A stretch of DNA of 63,820 nt, the filler included, from Octopus bimaculoides (lineage: Eukaryota), in NCBI RefSeq assembly GCF_001194135.2. It is 7 parts of 6 records of this genome, joined end to end, with 100 filler letters (N's around TTAATTAATTAA, not from the genome) between each part and the next. Parts side by side here need not be neighbours in the genome. Positions count along the whole stretch, not along the records: positions 21,810 to 41,291 come from NC_068987.1; 6 more parts are not named here. One strand, 5' to 3'. A program made the position numbers and the translations under genes. Shown here piece by piece: positions 25,485 to 39,490 of the stretch. Under the pieces are notes generated by a model. It worked only from the letters and a program-made list of their open reading frames with translations. It made no database searches and was not told the origin of the DNA. The number at the start of each line of letters is the position of its first letter. Within the stretch, counting starts at the first letter, position 1.

Positions 25485-26509
25485 CTAATTGCTTCAAAAT
25501 CGTTTGTTTATGTAGTCGGCACTTAATGTATATCGGCTGAATGGACGTCAGTGATTGGTTGAAATTACAGAAATACGACAACTTTAACATGGAATAACTT
25601 ATGGATTTCTTTTTTTTTAAAGAAGACTAAGAGAAGAAGATGTTTTATATGACACATTCTACCAGTGTTCCAAGTNNNNNNNNNNNNNNNNNNNNNNNNN
25701 NNNNNNNNNNNNNNNNNNNNNNNNNNNNNNNNNNNNNNNNNNNNNNNNNNNNNNNNNNNNNNNNNNNNNNNNNNNNNNNNNNNNNNNNNNNNNNNNNNNN
25801 NNNNNNNNNNNNNNNNNNNNNNNNNNNNNNNNNNNNNNNNNNNNNNNNNNNNNNNNNNNNNNNNNNNNNNNNNNNNNNNNNNNNNNNNNNNNNNNNNNNN
25901 NNNNNNNNNNNNNNNNNNNNNNNNNNNNNNNNNNNNNNNNNNNNNNNNNNNNNNNNNNNNNNNNNNNNNNNNNNNNNNNNNNNNNNNNNNNNNNNNNNNN
26001 NNNNNNNNNNNNNNNNNNNNNNNNNNNNNNNNNNNNNNNNNNNNNNNNNNNNNNNNNNNNNNNNNNNNNNNNNNNNNNNNNNNNNNNNNNNNNNNNNNNN
26101 NNNNNNNNNNNNNNNNNNNNNNNNNNNNNNNNNNNNNNNNNNNNNNNNNNNNNNNNNNNNNNNNNNNNNNNNNNNNNNNNNNNNNNNNNNNNNNNNNNNN
26201 NNNNNNNNNNNNNNNNNNNNNNNNNNNNNNNNNNNNNNNNNNNNNNNNNNNNNNNNNNNNNNNNNNNNNNNNNNNNNNNNNNNNNNNNNNNNNNNNNNNN
26301 NNNNNNNNNNNNNNNNNNNNNNNNNNNNNNNNNNNNNNNNNNNNNNNNNNNNNNNNNNNNNNNNNNNNNNNNNNNNNNNNNNNNNNNNNNNNNNNNNNNN
26401 NNNNNNNNNNNNNNNNNNNNNNNNNNNNNNNNNNNNNNNNNNNNNNNNNNNNNNNNNNNNNNNNNNNNNNNNNNNNNNNNNNNNNNNNNNNNNNNNNNNN
26501 NNNNNNNNN

Positions 26510-26540
<31 letters not shown>

Positions 26541-26541
<1 letters not shown>

Positions 26542-26692
26542 GTTGGGCTTCTTTCAGTTTCCGTCTACCAAATCCACTGACAAAGCTTTGGTCGGCCCGA
26601 GGCTATAGTAGAAGACACTTGCCCAAAGTGCCACGCAGTCGGACTGAACCCGGAACCATGTGGTTGGTAAGCAAGCTACTTACCACACAGCC
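26541..26692 (-). mobile_element. SINE family B, clean copy
   Basis: Minus: tggctgtgtggtaagtagcttgcttaccaaccacatggttccgggttcagtccgactgcgtggcactttgggcaagtgtcttctactatagcc...gacggaaactgaaagaagccc. Confidence 0.88.
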
Positions 26693-27254
26693 AGTTTTAA
26701 AATAAAGTCTTAGGCGAGTATGGAGCGTACGAGAAAGCTATAAAATGTTGCACAAGCTCTCAGCTCTAAGTGTCTTGCTTTTTAAAGCAGAAACATCTGT
26801 AAACTAGTAAAGATGATTGCGTAATTCTTATCTTGTCATTCACTAATTTATATCGATGCCTGCGCACGCATGTATGTGTGACTGTAAGTGTTTTGCATAT
26901 GTTTATGAATAAGTGTATGTTTTCCTATGTAGACCTTAGTATACGTCTGTGTTTGCCTAGCTATCTGTACCACCTCTAGAAATAAAATATTTAAAACTAT
27001 CTATACATGTTGTACGCAAGCTGTTTTCTGTTTCTGCGTCTCTGCATATCTCTCACTCTATAAGAAAGTATGTAGTTATGTACGTGTTTATAGCAGAATC
27101 AACCGAGTGGTCGAAAGTTTTGTGTGTTAGCACTTATAAAATATACATACTCATCATTTCGAGCTTTATTTTTCCTGTTTGCATCGCCAGACCTGTTCCT
27201 GCGTATGTATATATATATATATATAATGTGTGTGTGTGTGTATACATACACAAA

Positions 27255-27296
<42 letters not shown>

Positions 27297-28759
27297 TATA
27301 TTTTATGTACCTAATTTGTTTATCCGCATATTTGCTTCTATACCCGTTCAATGTGATCTCACTTTAGCCCTTCTTTACTTTGTGGGATCGATCCCCTGCA
27401 AAAACATCGGAGTATAAGTTTGAATCTTTTAGGCACTAGTAAGTGTCTTCTATAAGGAGAATCTCAGGATCTCATCTGTGGACTATATTTATGTATGTAT
27501 GTATGTATGTATGTATGCATGCATGTGTGTGTGTGTATGTATGTATGTATGTATGTATGTGTGTGTATGTATGTATGTATGTATGTATGTATGTGTGTAT
27601 GTATGTATGTACACATGCATGTATGTATTTATGTATGTATGTCATTATTCAGTTTATTTCAAGATTTCTTGCCAATAGAGAAAGAGCCGGTTTCTAACCT
27701 AGACCCAAAGCATCTTCATTGGAATTTCAGTACCATCAACAGGATATTTTTGTAAGTATATATGAATGCATACGTGCAGATTTGTATGTTTTGTTTTGGG
27801 TATGCATTCTAATGCATATACTTGCATATCTAGACATGCTCATATGTACTTAAATGATAAGGTTCTGGAAAGTGTTACATATTTTTACAGTTCCAGTGTA
27901 GTTTTCGAATCAGCTTTGGTTTTGAGAAGCCCAATTTTTCAAGACTGGTATTTAGGCAGTGTGTTACATATACCAGCACCCAAATAATTACAGATATAAA
28001 TATGAACTTGCAATCTGGATTGAGTAACGGCATATATGGAGCTTTGGTAAAAGATATTTGCCTAAGATGTCTAGATTGTGGATTCGAAGAAGGTAACTGA
28101 TAATTGCGAAGCGAAATTATTGATAATTTGACTGAACTCATCCATATACAATATTGTATAATGTAATATAATATAATATAATATAATATAATATAATATA
28201 ATATAATATAATATATAGATATAGATAAGTTTCCATATATGCACACACTCATAGACACACACACACACACACACACACACNNNNNNNNNNNNNNNNNNNN
28301 NNNNNNNNNNNNNNNNNNNNNNNNNNNNNNNNNNNNNNNNNNNNNNNNNNNNNNNNNNNNNNNNNNNNNNNNNNNNNNNNNNNNTATATATAAATTCAAA
28401 AGGGGTTAAAACTCTTTTACAAGAATTTTATCAAGAAGCCAGTGTGTAAAAAAATTCGTAAGGGAAATTTCTATTCCCAAGAATATAATTATACGTTTAT
28501 ATATATATATACACACACACCTATATATATATATACATACATACATACATACGTATATGTGCAAATACACATATAGACAGACTGCACGCTCATATACACA
28601 CGCACGCGCAGTAATAATTCTTAAATTCTCAAGGTAACATTTTTTCTCCGTGTTTTGATTCTTGCATCCACAAAAATTTATTTTTGTAAGATATTCCCAT
28701 GTTACTCCTAAATTTGAATAACCCATTCTGCAGAGCGTCAGACGATCTGGCGCTCAGGT

Positions 28760-29034
28760 GTCTGCAATGATGATGATGATGATAATGATGATGATGACAC
28801 TGCTGGTTATAGTATTGGTTATAGTGGTGGTGGTGGTGGTGGAGGAGCTTTTGGTTATTATGATAATGATGACGAACATGATCATAATGAAATGATGAGG
28901 ATGATGTATGATGTTGCGGTGCGTGTTGTCTTGATAGTGTTTCTGATGTTGATGGTGATGGTGATGGTGATGACGATAGTGATGATGATGAGGATGAGGA
29001 TGATGATGACGACGACGACGACGACGACGACGAC

Positions 29035-29065
<31 letters not shown>

Positions 29066-29290
29066 GATGGTGATGACGATAGTGATGGCGATGATGATGA
29101 TGAGGATGGTGGTGGTGGTGGATGATGAAAATGACGACGACGATAAATAGAACGACATAAAAGATGATTAGAAACAGCACAGGACCGCTTTCGTAGACGA
29201 TCGGTGACGACGATGTTTGTGATGTTGATGATGATGACAACAAAAATGATGACGACGACGATGCCGATGATGATGGTGATGATTATGGTG
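28760..29290. repeat. Compound GAT/GAC/GGT triplet microsatellite
   Basis: Mixed triplet runs; source of the poly-S/H/M ORFs. Similar tracts at 30600-30720 and 58300-58497. Confidence 0.92.
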
Positions 29291-29632
29291 GGACTAGTGG
29301 AAGCGGGTAGTGGACAGTGAGTGGATAGAGTATTGAACTTACAGCGCTTTTCATGGGACATTCATCTCGTCATACAATTGTAAGAGTCTGTGACAAGGGT
29401 TCGATTCTAGCGAGGCATTTCATTTCACGTATTCGTCGTGCGTGAAATTATTGTTATTGTTGTTGATGCTGTTTACTCTACGGTCAGCACCAATAAAAGG
29501 AAAATACCAAAGACATAGTCTTACTGTGTTTCTTCTTTTTTTCTTTCTTTCAGGCAAGACGCTTGCAGACCACCATTTTATCAAACGTGTGATGAAGACA
29601 CTAAGCTGTGAATCGGGCCTTTCGCAAACTCT

Positions 29633-29725
<93 letters not shown>

Positions 29726-29801
29726 GAAGACCGAAAGACAGACAGCCACTCAGACACATTATATAAATATGTACATACGTATGTGTATATGTGTGTATAT
29801 G

Positions 29802-29834
<33 letters not shown>

Positions 29835-29899
29835 TATGTATATACGCATATGCATATAGAGATAGATAGATAAGCAGATAGTAGTACATGTGTGTGTGC

Positions 29900-29939
<40 letters not shown>

Positions 29940-30260
29940 NNNNNNNNNNNNNNNNNNNNNNNNNNNNNNNNNNNNNNNNNNNNNNNNNNNNNNNNNNNNN
30001 NNNNNNNNNNNNNNNNNNNNNNNNNNNNNNNNNNNNNNNNNNNNNNNNNNNNNNNNNNNNNNNNNNNNNNNNNNNNNNNNNNNNNNNNNNNNNNNNNNNN
30101 NNNNNNNNNNNNNNNNNNNNNNNNNNNNNNNNNNNNNNNNNNNNNNNNNNNNNNNNNNNNNNNNNNNNNNNNNNNNNNNNNNNNNNNNNNNNNNNNNNNN
30201 NNNNNNNNNNNNNNNNNNNNNNNNNNNNNNNNNNNNNNNNNNNNNNNNNNNNNNNNNNNN

Positions 30261-30332
<72 letters not shown>

Positions 30333-30632
30333 TAGATAGATAGTACTAAAGCGAGATACGATAGCAAGAGAAAATAGCGAGAAAGGAAAAAAAAATCTTA
30401 TTTGTATGAGAATTTGCAGCGTGTTCACGTGTTAGTGAAATTATGTGTGCGGTTATATGTCAGTGTATATCAGTCAATGGCTGTGCCTCACACGTTTCAC
30501 TGAGTTTAAGTATATACGGATATTTAACTCCACATTGAAGAATATATTCGTCTTATGAATAAACAAAATACCATACCATGCATACCAATAAGAATAAAGA
30601 TGATGATAATAATAATGATAATAATAATAATA

Positions 30633-30664
<32 letters not shown>

Positions 30665-30872
30665 GAGGATGATGACGACGACGACGACTACGACGACGAC
30701 GACTACGACGACGACAGTAATGATATTAATATATAAATGCAGAAATAAATAGATAAACCAGCGAAAATGTGAGCAAAATAATAAAGTTTTCTCCGTGGAT
30801 ATTAACACTGAACCAGGTATAGAGAAAGAAAATGATAAAAATATTAATAATAATGCTACAACAACAACAACA

Positions 30873-30917
<45 letters not shown>

Positions 30918-31342
30918 CATACTTTCTTTTATTGGCCACAAGGGCAGAACACAAAACAAATAATAATAATATTAATAATGATAATCTGATCTAATCTAAT
31001 CTAATCTAATCTAACTCAAACAGACAGTGCTCTATACCATCGATATCCAAAAATATAGTGGAAGCGGTGATTAGTAATATGGAACATTGTACATGATCTG
31101 CAATCGCTACTCTGTAGTGAAAGACGAACGACATCGCACTCAGAAAATTCAAGCACCACCCAACATTATATTACATAACGCAATTGATATAACACACCAA
31201 GGGACACACCAAGGGACACTTGTTAGCCACCATTGTGCGTGTTCTATACAGTTAAGTGACAAAACAGTAACAGTAATGCCGGAAAGAACTACCTAACTAG
31301 ATAAAAACTACAGCAAAATAACAGAAATAGTAGAAATATATA

Positions 31343-31564
31343 CAGTAATCTCTCGCCATATCGCGGTTCACCTATCGTGGTTCACCAATCGCGGTTCACC
31401 TATCACGGTTTATTATTTAAGCTTACATCGATTCCTCTGTAGTGCTGTTTTGCATTTATAATAAAATAGATATATACAAATTGTAAAAATAATTTTAAAA
31501 ATATATACATTACAGTTGCGTAGGGTTTCGGAACGCAACACCCGTGATAGTCGAGAGGTTACTG
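31343..31564. mobile_element. pogo/Tigger-type MITE (Tc1/mariner superfamily), 222 bp
   Basis: TA-cagtaatctctcgccatatcgcgg...ccgtgatagtcgagaggttactg-TA: matching TIRs with TA on both sides; internal 15-bp repeats (atcgcggttcacct). Confidence 0.85.
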
Positions 31565-31569
31565 TATTA

Positions 31570-31900
31570 TAGGCAAAGGCTTGAAATTTGAGGAAGTGGG
31601 GCTAGTCGATTACATCGGTCTCGAAAGGATGAAAGCCAAAAACCGACATTGGAATCGAGAGAAAGGTTCAAGAATATCATATCAAATTATAATAAGTTTC
31701 AGATTTTAGCACAAGACCAGCAATTTTGGCAAGGAGCTAAGTCGATTACATCGACCACAATGCTCAACTGGGGCTTATTTTATCGACTCCGAAAGAATGA
31801 AAAGCAAAGTCGATCTTGTTGGAAGTAGAACTCTGAGCGTAGAGGCGGTTGAAATGCTGCTAAACATTATGTTCGGCGTGCTAACGATTCTACGAGTTCG
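31570..31900 (-). mobile_element. Two SINE family A copies
   Basis: ggctagtcgattacatcg, ttttatcgactccgaaagaatgaaaagcaaagtcgat and gctaaacatt...cggcgtgctaacgattc are reverse complements of the family A body. Confidence 0.75.
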
Positions 31901-32019
31901 CCGCATTACATATAATAACAATAATAGTAAGGAAAAAGTAAGACATTGCAATCGAAAGAAAGGCTTAAGAAATCATATCAGACCATAATTAAAAACTAGA
32001 AATATAATTATAGTTGTGA

Positions 32020-32960
32020 TCGAATCTGTCTTCTCAATCCTCAATATATTAGACTGGAAATGAAATGAAATGAAGAGCTTGAACAGGAAACCCAGAAAAT
32101 TGCTAGCAGTGGTCTAAAGCTGCCATTCAAAGCTAATATACCAACCCTGTGTACAGCGTGGACATGGGCTGTGAAAAATAAGGAACCGAAACAAAGCAGG
32201 ATTTAATAAAGGGTGCCAAGTAAAAGAAACTGATGTGTACAATTATGAAATAGGAAGCGTATGTTTCTCTATATGTAAGAAAGCATCAAATTACAAACTA
32301 GAAGTAAACTACACTGATAAAACGTTAGAAAAGAGTAGAAAACTATAACAGAAGACAAAAATCAAAACGGAATTTCTGAACATACTAAAGAAAAAACGAA
32401 GTGAACAACTATTCCATAACTAATCAATCATCAGTGAGACTCGACAAGAAGTAAGCTACAATGAAAGCACTAATGGTGCAAAATCTCTGTACTAAAAGCC
32501 GAAACAGAAGGCCTAATTTTAATTACACAGGCCCAATGTCTAATCTCCAAAAACAAAATAACATATAAAGATGCTAATGTGAAGTGTAGACCGAGAAATC
32601 AATATAATGAGACAAATGATTACATTATTTCATGCTGCCCAGTCCAAGTATATTCCTAGACTTGTAAAGTCGTCAGCCATACCCACTGAGTAGTATGACG
32701 AGACATCAATGTGAAAACATAAGAAAGCTATTAACAGATAACCAATACATGGCCACAATCATTTTGGATGTGCCTTTCCAGAGAGATAAGGAAAAGAAAG
32801 AAAGCGAACAGGTTCTATATAAAAAGTACTAGAATGAAAATTTCTGTGTACTGGTGCATATCTCGATCCCTTCTGACCAAAGGTCTTCATATAAAAAGAT
32901 AGAAAATTAAAAGGATCTTAGAATAGAAATAAGCAATGAAAACAAAAACAGTTTCAAGCG
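32020..32960 (+). mobile_element. Dong/R4-like LINE C-terminal relic (zinc knuckle and REL endonuclease)
   Basis: LKAETEGLILITQAQCL; KCR...NETNDYIISCCP; ATII.DVPFQRDKE; ISIPSD motifs; heavily decayed. Confidence 0.7.
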
Positions 32961-33309
32961 TATGATAGAAATAAAGACAAAACCTGCACTCTCAATTTTA
33001 CACACAGTGTCTATAGATAGCCCTGTAAGTCACGGTACATATCCTACGAAAGTCATTAACACAACTCAAACATGTACTGATTCTGCACACAACATATACC
33101 AAATGCAATGACAACCCGAAATTATAACACATCTTGCAAAATACAAACTCTTTAGACTTTCCGCAAAGCACTATAACACAACGCACATAGCACGAACTCT
33201 ACACAATTATCACTCATTAAAATAACATACAGCATATGTTCTGATTATACAAGGAAATATTCTATGGAAACAGCCGTAAAACAATTCAGAATTAAGCAAG
33301 AGTGGCTTA

Positions 33310-33403
33310 CTTAACTTTGGGTGGTACACTTATCCTGGGCGGTACACTTAATCTTAGGTGGTACATTTAACTTTGGGTAGTGCGCTTAACCTTGGGTGGT
33401 AAA
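33310..33403. repeat. Degenerate 19-bp tandem repeat, 5 copies (cttaactttgggtggtaca)
   Basis: Five adjacent 18-19 bp units read directly. Confidence 0.85.
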
Positions 33404-33722
33404 CTGAACCCGTTACCAGTTTTAACGTCATCACTTGGTGCATTAGATGCCTGTGGCAGGCTCCATCTTGTTGCAAACATTCGGGCTAGGTAGTGGACTC
33501 CGCTAGAGGCACCTTAAGGGCGGATGGTGGTTAGAAACTGTGCTACGTATTATGTCTGCCGCCCAAAACTCACATTCTCTAAAATTGTTACCAATTGATA
33601 TATCACAACCCACGCAGAACTACTCTTAGCTCGCGACGACCAATACTAAGATATGTAGCAAAATTTACGAGGCAAAGATATATGAAACGCACGCACGCAC
33701 ACACTCAAACACACACACGCGT

Positions 33723-33758
<36 letters not shown>

Positions 33759-34370
33759 GCAAACACACACCCACACGCAAACATACACACACACACACAC
33801 ACGCAAACGCACACACACACACTCACACACACATACACACACACACAAGACATTTGAACAAAATAACGAAACTCACATTATTACACATACTCTACGTAAC
33901 AACAGACGAAATATTGAAATAACACCTGAAACAAGCACAAACGAAAAAAAAAAACGTCCCACAAACAAAGCAAAACCGATGCAGAATAGAAATAAAATTC
34001 TACATCCCCAAAGACAATGCTGCACACTTGCACATGTACACATATATATCTCTCAGGAACAAGCTGGTGCACCTGGTGACGCTGTAGAAAACTTTCATAA
34101 AACTCTTGAAAAAACATCACAAAGGCAATGATGATGATAGTGATGATGGTGTAAGTAACTGCAATAATGATAATACAAAATAATAATGAAATGATGATGA
34201 TGATAATGGTATTGTTAATAATTATGATGATTTTTGTTTTTATTTGTCACCAGGGCGATGAATGAGGGGACCGAGATACTAAGACGGAGGCAAAGTGTGA
34301 GATTTTATATACATACAACGAAAATGATGAAAATATAGATAAAAATAACATGCATATGTACGTGAAAATG

Positions 34371-34428
<58 letters not shown>

Positions 34429-34439
34429 NNNNNNNNNNN

Positions 34440-34502
<63 letters not shown>

Positions 34503-34804
34503 ACACACACACAAATACACACACAAACACACACACAAACACATACACAAACACATGCACAACACATGCACAAGCACGCACCTCCATGCACTCGCACACA
34601 CACACACACACACACATACATATGCATATATGTGTGTTGTCATGTGCATTTTTGCATGTATGTATATATATTTCTACCTCTCAATATATATACATGCACG
34701 CACACAGAGAAACACACACACACACACACACACATATGGATGCGTGGCGTTCAATCATATAATAATATACATACATGTACGTATATATGCATATACTCAT
34801 TTAT

Positions 34805-34877
<73 letters not shown>

Positions 34878-35548
34878 GCATATATACATACATATATGTA
34901 CATACATATACATGTATATACATATGCATATATGGGTACAGGACGTCATATATATATAAATACATAGATGCATACATACATACATACACANNNNNNNNNN
35001 NNNNNNNNNNNNNNNNNNNNNNNNNATATATACATTCATAAAATACTAAATAAATTTACAAGACAACAATATTAACACTGAAAGAAGACAGAGAGTTTTA
35101 TTGAAATTCTGGAGAAGTGTCTTGACTTTTCTTATAATTACACGTTCTACTATAGCTTTCTGTTTTCCAACTTTCTCTTGTTTTCAAGATATAAGCGAAT
35201 GAAAGAAGTTTGTATATAAACAAACGAAAAAAAAAAAAAAGAAAGAAAGGAAGAAAGAAACTAGTGGAACACTAAAATAGAAATAACTATCAAAATATAG
35301 ACAAAATATAAATTTGTAAAGAAAGCATCACACTTAGATTGAATATAATGTGTTCAACAAAACATGATGTTTCCTTGAAGAATTTTTACTGATGAGCGCT
35401 AAGAAACTCTTATGTGAAGCTCGCAAAGACGCACACGTCAGTATTCAAACTCATGCATATGCACGTGCGCACACATATACATCTGTGATAAAAAAACATG
35501 AAGAGAAATACATAATTACAAAAACACATTTAAGATTACGCATTACAA

Positions 35549-35581
<33 letters not shown>

Positions 35582-35881
35582 CACACGAGCGCTTACACAC
35601 ACGCGCGTTTACACACATACACATATACATACACATATATACTTACACACACAGAGACACGTAAATTCATGCACATATGCATACAAATATGCACATATGC
35701 ATACAAATATGCACAAACGCGCCCCCGCACACACAAGCACACATACGCGCGCGCGCGCGCACGCACACACACACTCACAGACACAAATATATTTACACAT
35801 ATATACTTACACACACAGACGTGTAAACCCATATCCATATACGTCCAAACACACACATACACATTCATAAACACACACTCA

Positions 35882-35938
<57 letters not shown>

Positions 35939-36195
35939 NNNNNNNNNNNNNNNNNNNNNNNNNNNNNNNNNNNNNNNNNNNNNNNNNNNNNNNNNNNNNN
36001 NNNNNNNNNNNNNNNNNNNNNNNNNNNNNNNNNNNNNNNNNNNNNNNNNNNNNNNNNNNNNNNNNNNNNNNNNNNNNNNNNNNNNNNNNNNNNNNNNNNN
36101 NNNNNNNNNNNNNNNNNNNNNNNNNNNNNNNNNNNNNNNNNNNNNNNNNNNNNNNNNNNNNNNNNNNNCTTGCATTAAACACACAGATAGTTATA

Positions 36196-36234
<39 letters not shown>

Positions 36235-36499
36235 GCATATTTATTGGTATAGTTTTAAATATGAAGATGCGCGTGCACAACAAGTGCGTTTGCAGCGCAT
36301 TGCGAATATGCATGTGTGCATGTGTGTGTGTGTCTTTGTGTGCGTGTGTGTGTGTGTTTATGTGTCTGTGTAATTATGTCTGAAGTTAATTATGCAAATA
36401 TGTTTTAACAGTCATGCGCATACGTAGAGTTACAGAAATATAAACAGACCTCTTTAAAGTAAATAGACACCATCATTCCTGAAAGACGTTACTCATCCT

Positions 36500-37015
36500 T
36501 TCTTTGGATATTTACTGGTCGAAGGAGAGGTTTCCTTCTTGCTGCTGCTCATATCATATTTGGTGGTGATACCTTATAAAAGTACTCTGAGATTCATCTG
36601 GAATTGTTCTGCAACGTTAGCTGCCTTACAACGGAGATTATTTTCATCAATCCGCTTGACAGCCCGAAAACACCTGTTAGAGTGGCCAGGCCGACCTGCA
36701 CAGGGTGCTGTCGATTCTTTTCTTTTGCAGGTCAATTGTAAAATCATTCTGTTGAATGTGGTAAGAGGAATCCTAAGGTGTTATGTAACATAATGCTGGC
36801 TATGTCCACCACCAGATTTATTCAAAACACGCCCTCTTTGAAAACCAGACAACTCATTTGCATCTGGTGTCCGTAGCATGGTTGGTTGCAATACATAATA
36901 AACTGCAGTCTGAAATGAAAAATGATAATAGATTAACAAATTTTAAACTACCACATAGTGTCTGCCCAGATAAAACAGTATAGTGAGGGGTGTTTAGACA
37001 CTTTTGATATATATG
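36500..37015 (-). mobile_element. Tc1-like element 5' half: TIR plus transposase N-terminal HTH relic
   Basis: Minus: TA-catatatatcaaaagtgtctaaacacccct (Tc1-type TIR, 37015-36986); MLRTPDANELSGFQRGRV...*HLRIPLTTFNRMILQ...APCAGRPG...RAVKRIDENNLRCKAANVAE. Confidence 0.72.
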
Positions 37016-37875
37016 TATCACTAGTTAAATGTGGATGTTTTATTAGCACACAGAATACTGTGATAGTTACCATGAAAGAACCTCTCATAAGGACCTGTGG
37101 TGCATTCTTGTTTATATTGCAAGCGGGAAGTAACCAACCGCCATCTGGGAATACCAGATCACGTGAATTCTGCCTTCTGCTAGTGGTATGGTCGCTGCTG
37201 TTCATAGCTTTCGGACATTTACCTTTGATATTGCAGGTACTTGATGCAAGCCAATGTGGGACGGCGCCTCTGAGGCTTTAGTCTATCAGGAAGACCACAG
37301 TACATATACCAGTCTAATATTTTATCAATTTCTCTTGGCAGAATTATTAATTCATGAGTCATAAATAATAGGCTCTTCATGTTGATGCGTTTGTGATTCA
37401 GAGTCATAAACTCTTATGTTTGGGGGATAGAGTAAGTTTGACTTGCTGCACAACATGCTCTCTCGAAAGTCTAATTTATTCGGAACATTTGGGTTACTCT
37501 GTTACATATGTCTGACGATGCATTAGTTAATGGGTTAATGAGACTCTGAGCTAACAATATATTGTCCATGCAGGACTATATTACTTAATGTACATAAATC
37601 TCTCTACGAATAGATTAAGTGGCGATTTTAGTACCCTTTCCCAATCGTGTACTTCTTTCTTTCCCATCACATTTCCCTCATCTTTTTAATTATGAGTGAT
37701 GAAGGACTATCATCTGAAACGTCATAATCATTTCCCTTCTTTTTAAGCGTTCAACTAATACAGTATATATTAAAATTTGTCCCCCTTGCGTTGTTGTTTT
37801 TTGTTTTTGCTCATTGCCTAATGTATATGCGTGTGTATGTGTATGCGTGAGTGTACGTAGAAAAATATTCATGAA

Positions 37876-37940
<65 letters not shown>

Positions 37941-38971
37941 CTGTATGAGGTTAAGCAGCCAGCTAAGGGATAGTAAATATCTAGTATACTACTGGGTGTA
38001 TACCCACGTATTTATATCCAAGTGCTTACTATTGCAGCACAATAGCGCAGTTGAATACTAGGTATGGGTGGGGGTAAAGCAGAAATTTACCCAGGATTTA
38101 TACGGCAAATAAGAAAATGGAGAGGATAAATAATCGACAAAGATCAGCCTGTAAACATTAAGTTATATCTATTTATTAATTGATTGCAATCATGTATGTA
38201 AGTGATCCAAATAAACGAATGAAGTAAGCAAATAAATAAGTAAATAAGTATATAAATAAAATAAACGAATAAGAATAAATGAGTGTACAAATACTATATA
38301 CTATATATGCACACATGCATATACATATTTGTATTCGCGCACATACTTACACAAACATTCTCATATCTAGACATGAAAATATTTTATTAGCTATCATGTT
38401 TATTACACATTTTAACACGTTTATGCATCTCATTCCATACATGTAATTTCACATATATATGTGTGTGTATGTACATATATATACATATATACATACATAC
38501 ATACATACATACATATACATATATATATATATANNNNNNNNNNNNNNNNNNNNNNNNNNNNNNNNNNNNNNNNNNNNNNNNNNNNNNNNNNNNNNNNNNN
38601 NNNNNNNNNNNNNNNNNNNNNNNNNNNNNNNNNNNNNNNNNNNNNNNNNNNNNNNNNNNNNNNNNNNNNNNNNNNNNNNNNNNNNNNNNNNNNNNNNNNN
38701 NNNNNNNNNNNNNNNNNNNNNNNNNNNNNNNNNNNNNNNNNNNNNNNNNNNNNNNNNNNNNNNNNNNNNNNNNNNNNNNNNNNNNNNNNNNNNNNNNNNN
38801 NNNNNNNNNNNNNNNNNNNNNNNNNNNNNNNNNGTCCTTCATTTATTTCTTTATACTATCAGTAATTCTTTATACCATGAGTGTGAGTTAGAGGCAGAAA
38901 TTAAGCAAGAACGTGGGCCAGAAACAAGGAGAAGGACGGGAAGAAAAGGGAAAGAGACAATGAGAACTGAA

Positions 38972-39033
<62 letters not shown>

Positions 39034-39294
39034 TTAGAAAGACAGGCAGTTTATGCAGAGAACAGGATGAGGAACGATTATTTGAAATGATTTCATTTAC
39101 GACGTTATTCAGCAAAGTAGACGTGACGTAAATTTAATCTCCAGTGTTAAAGGAACCCTTCACATTGAAATTGATTGTAACATACACATAACACACACGG
39201 ATACTTACATACACAATCACAATAAACATGTGATTATAGACNNNNNNNNNNNNNNNNNNNNNNNNNNNNNNNNNNNNNNNNNNNNNNNNNNNNN

Positions 39295-39337
<43 letters not shown>

Positions 39338-39344
39338 ATCTTGT

Positions 39345-39490
39345 TGTGGTTGGGTGTTTAAGAAATCCGATTCCTAATCATGTGGTTCCGGGTTCGATCG
39401 GATTATATGGGAGCTTGGACAAGTGCCTTCTATCGTATCATCGCTTTTCACTAATTCCTCGTTTGCGTATTTGTTCGACGTAAACTGCGC
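39345..39490 (+). mobile_element. SINE family B, degenerate
   Basis: catgtggttccgggttcgatc...cttggacaagtgccttcta. Confidence 0.6.

Noticed and set aside
36731-36760. 30-nt plus-strand mini-exon (ttttgcAG...GTAAGA)
   Set aside because: Lies antisense within the Tc1 transposase relic, which explains the region better.
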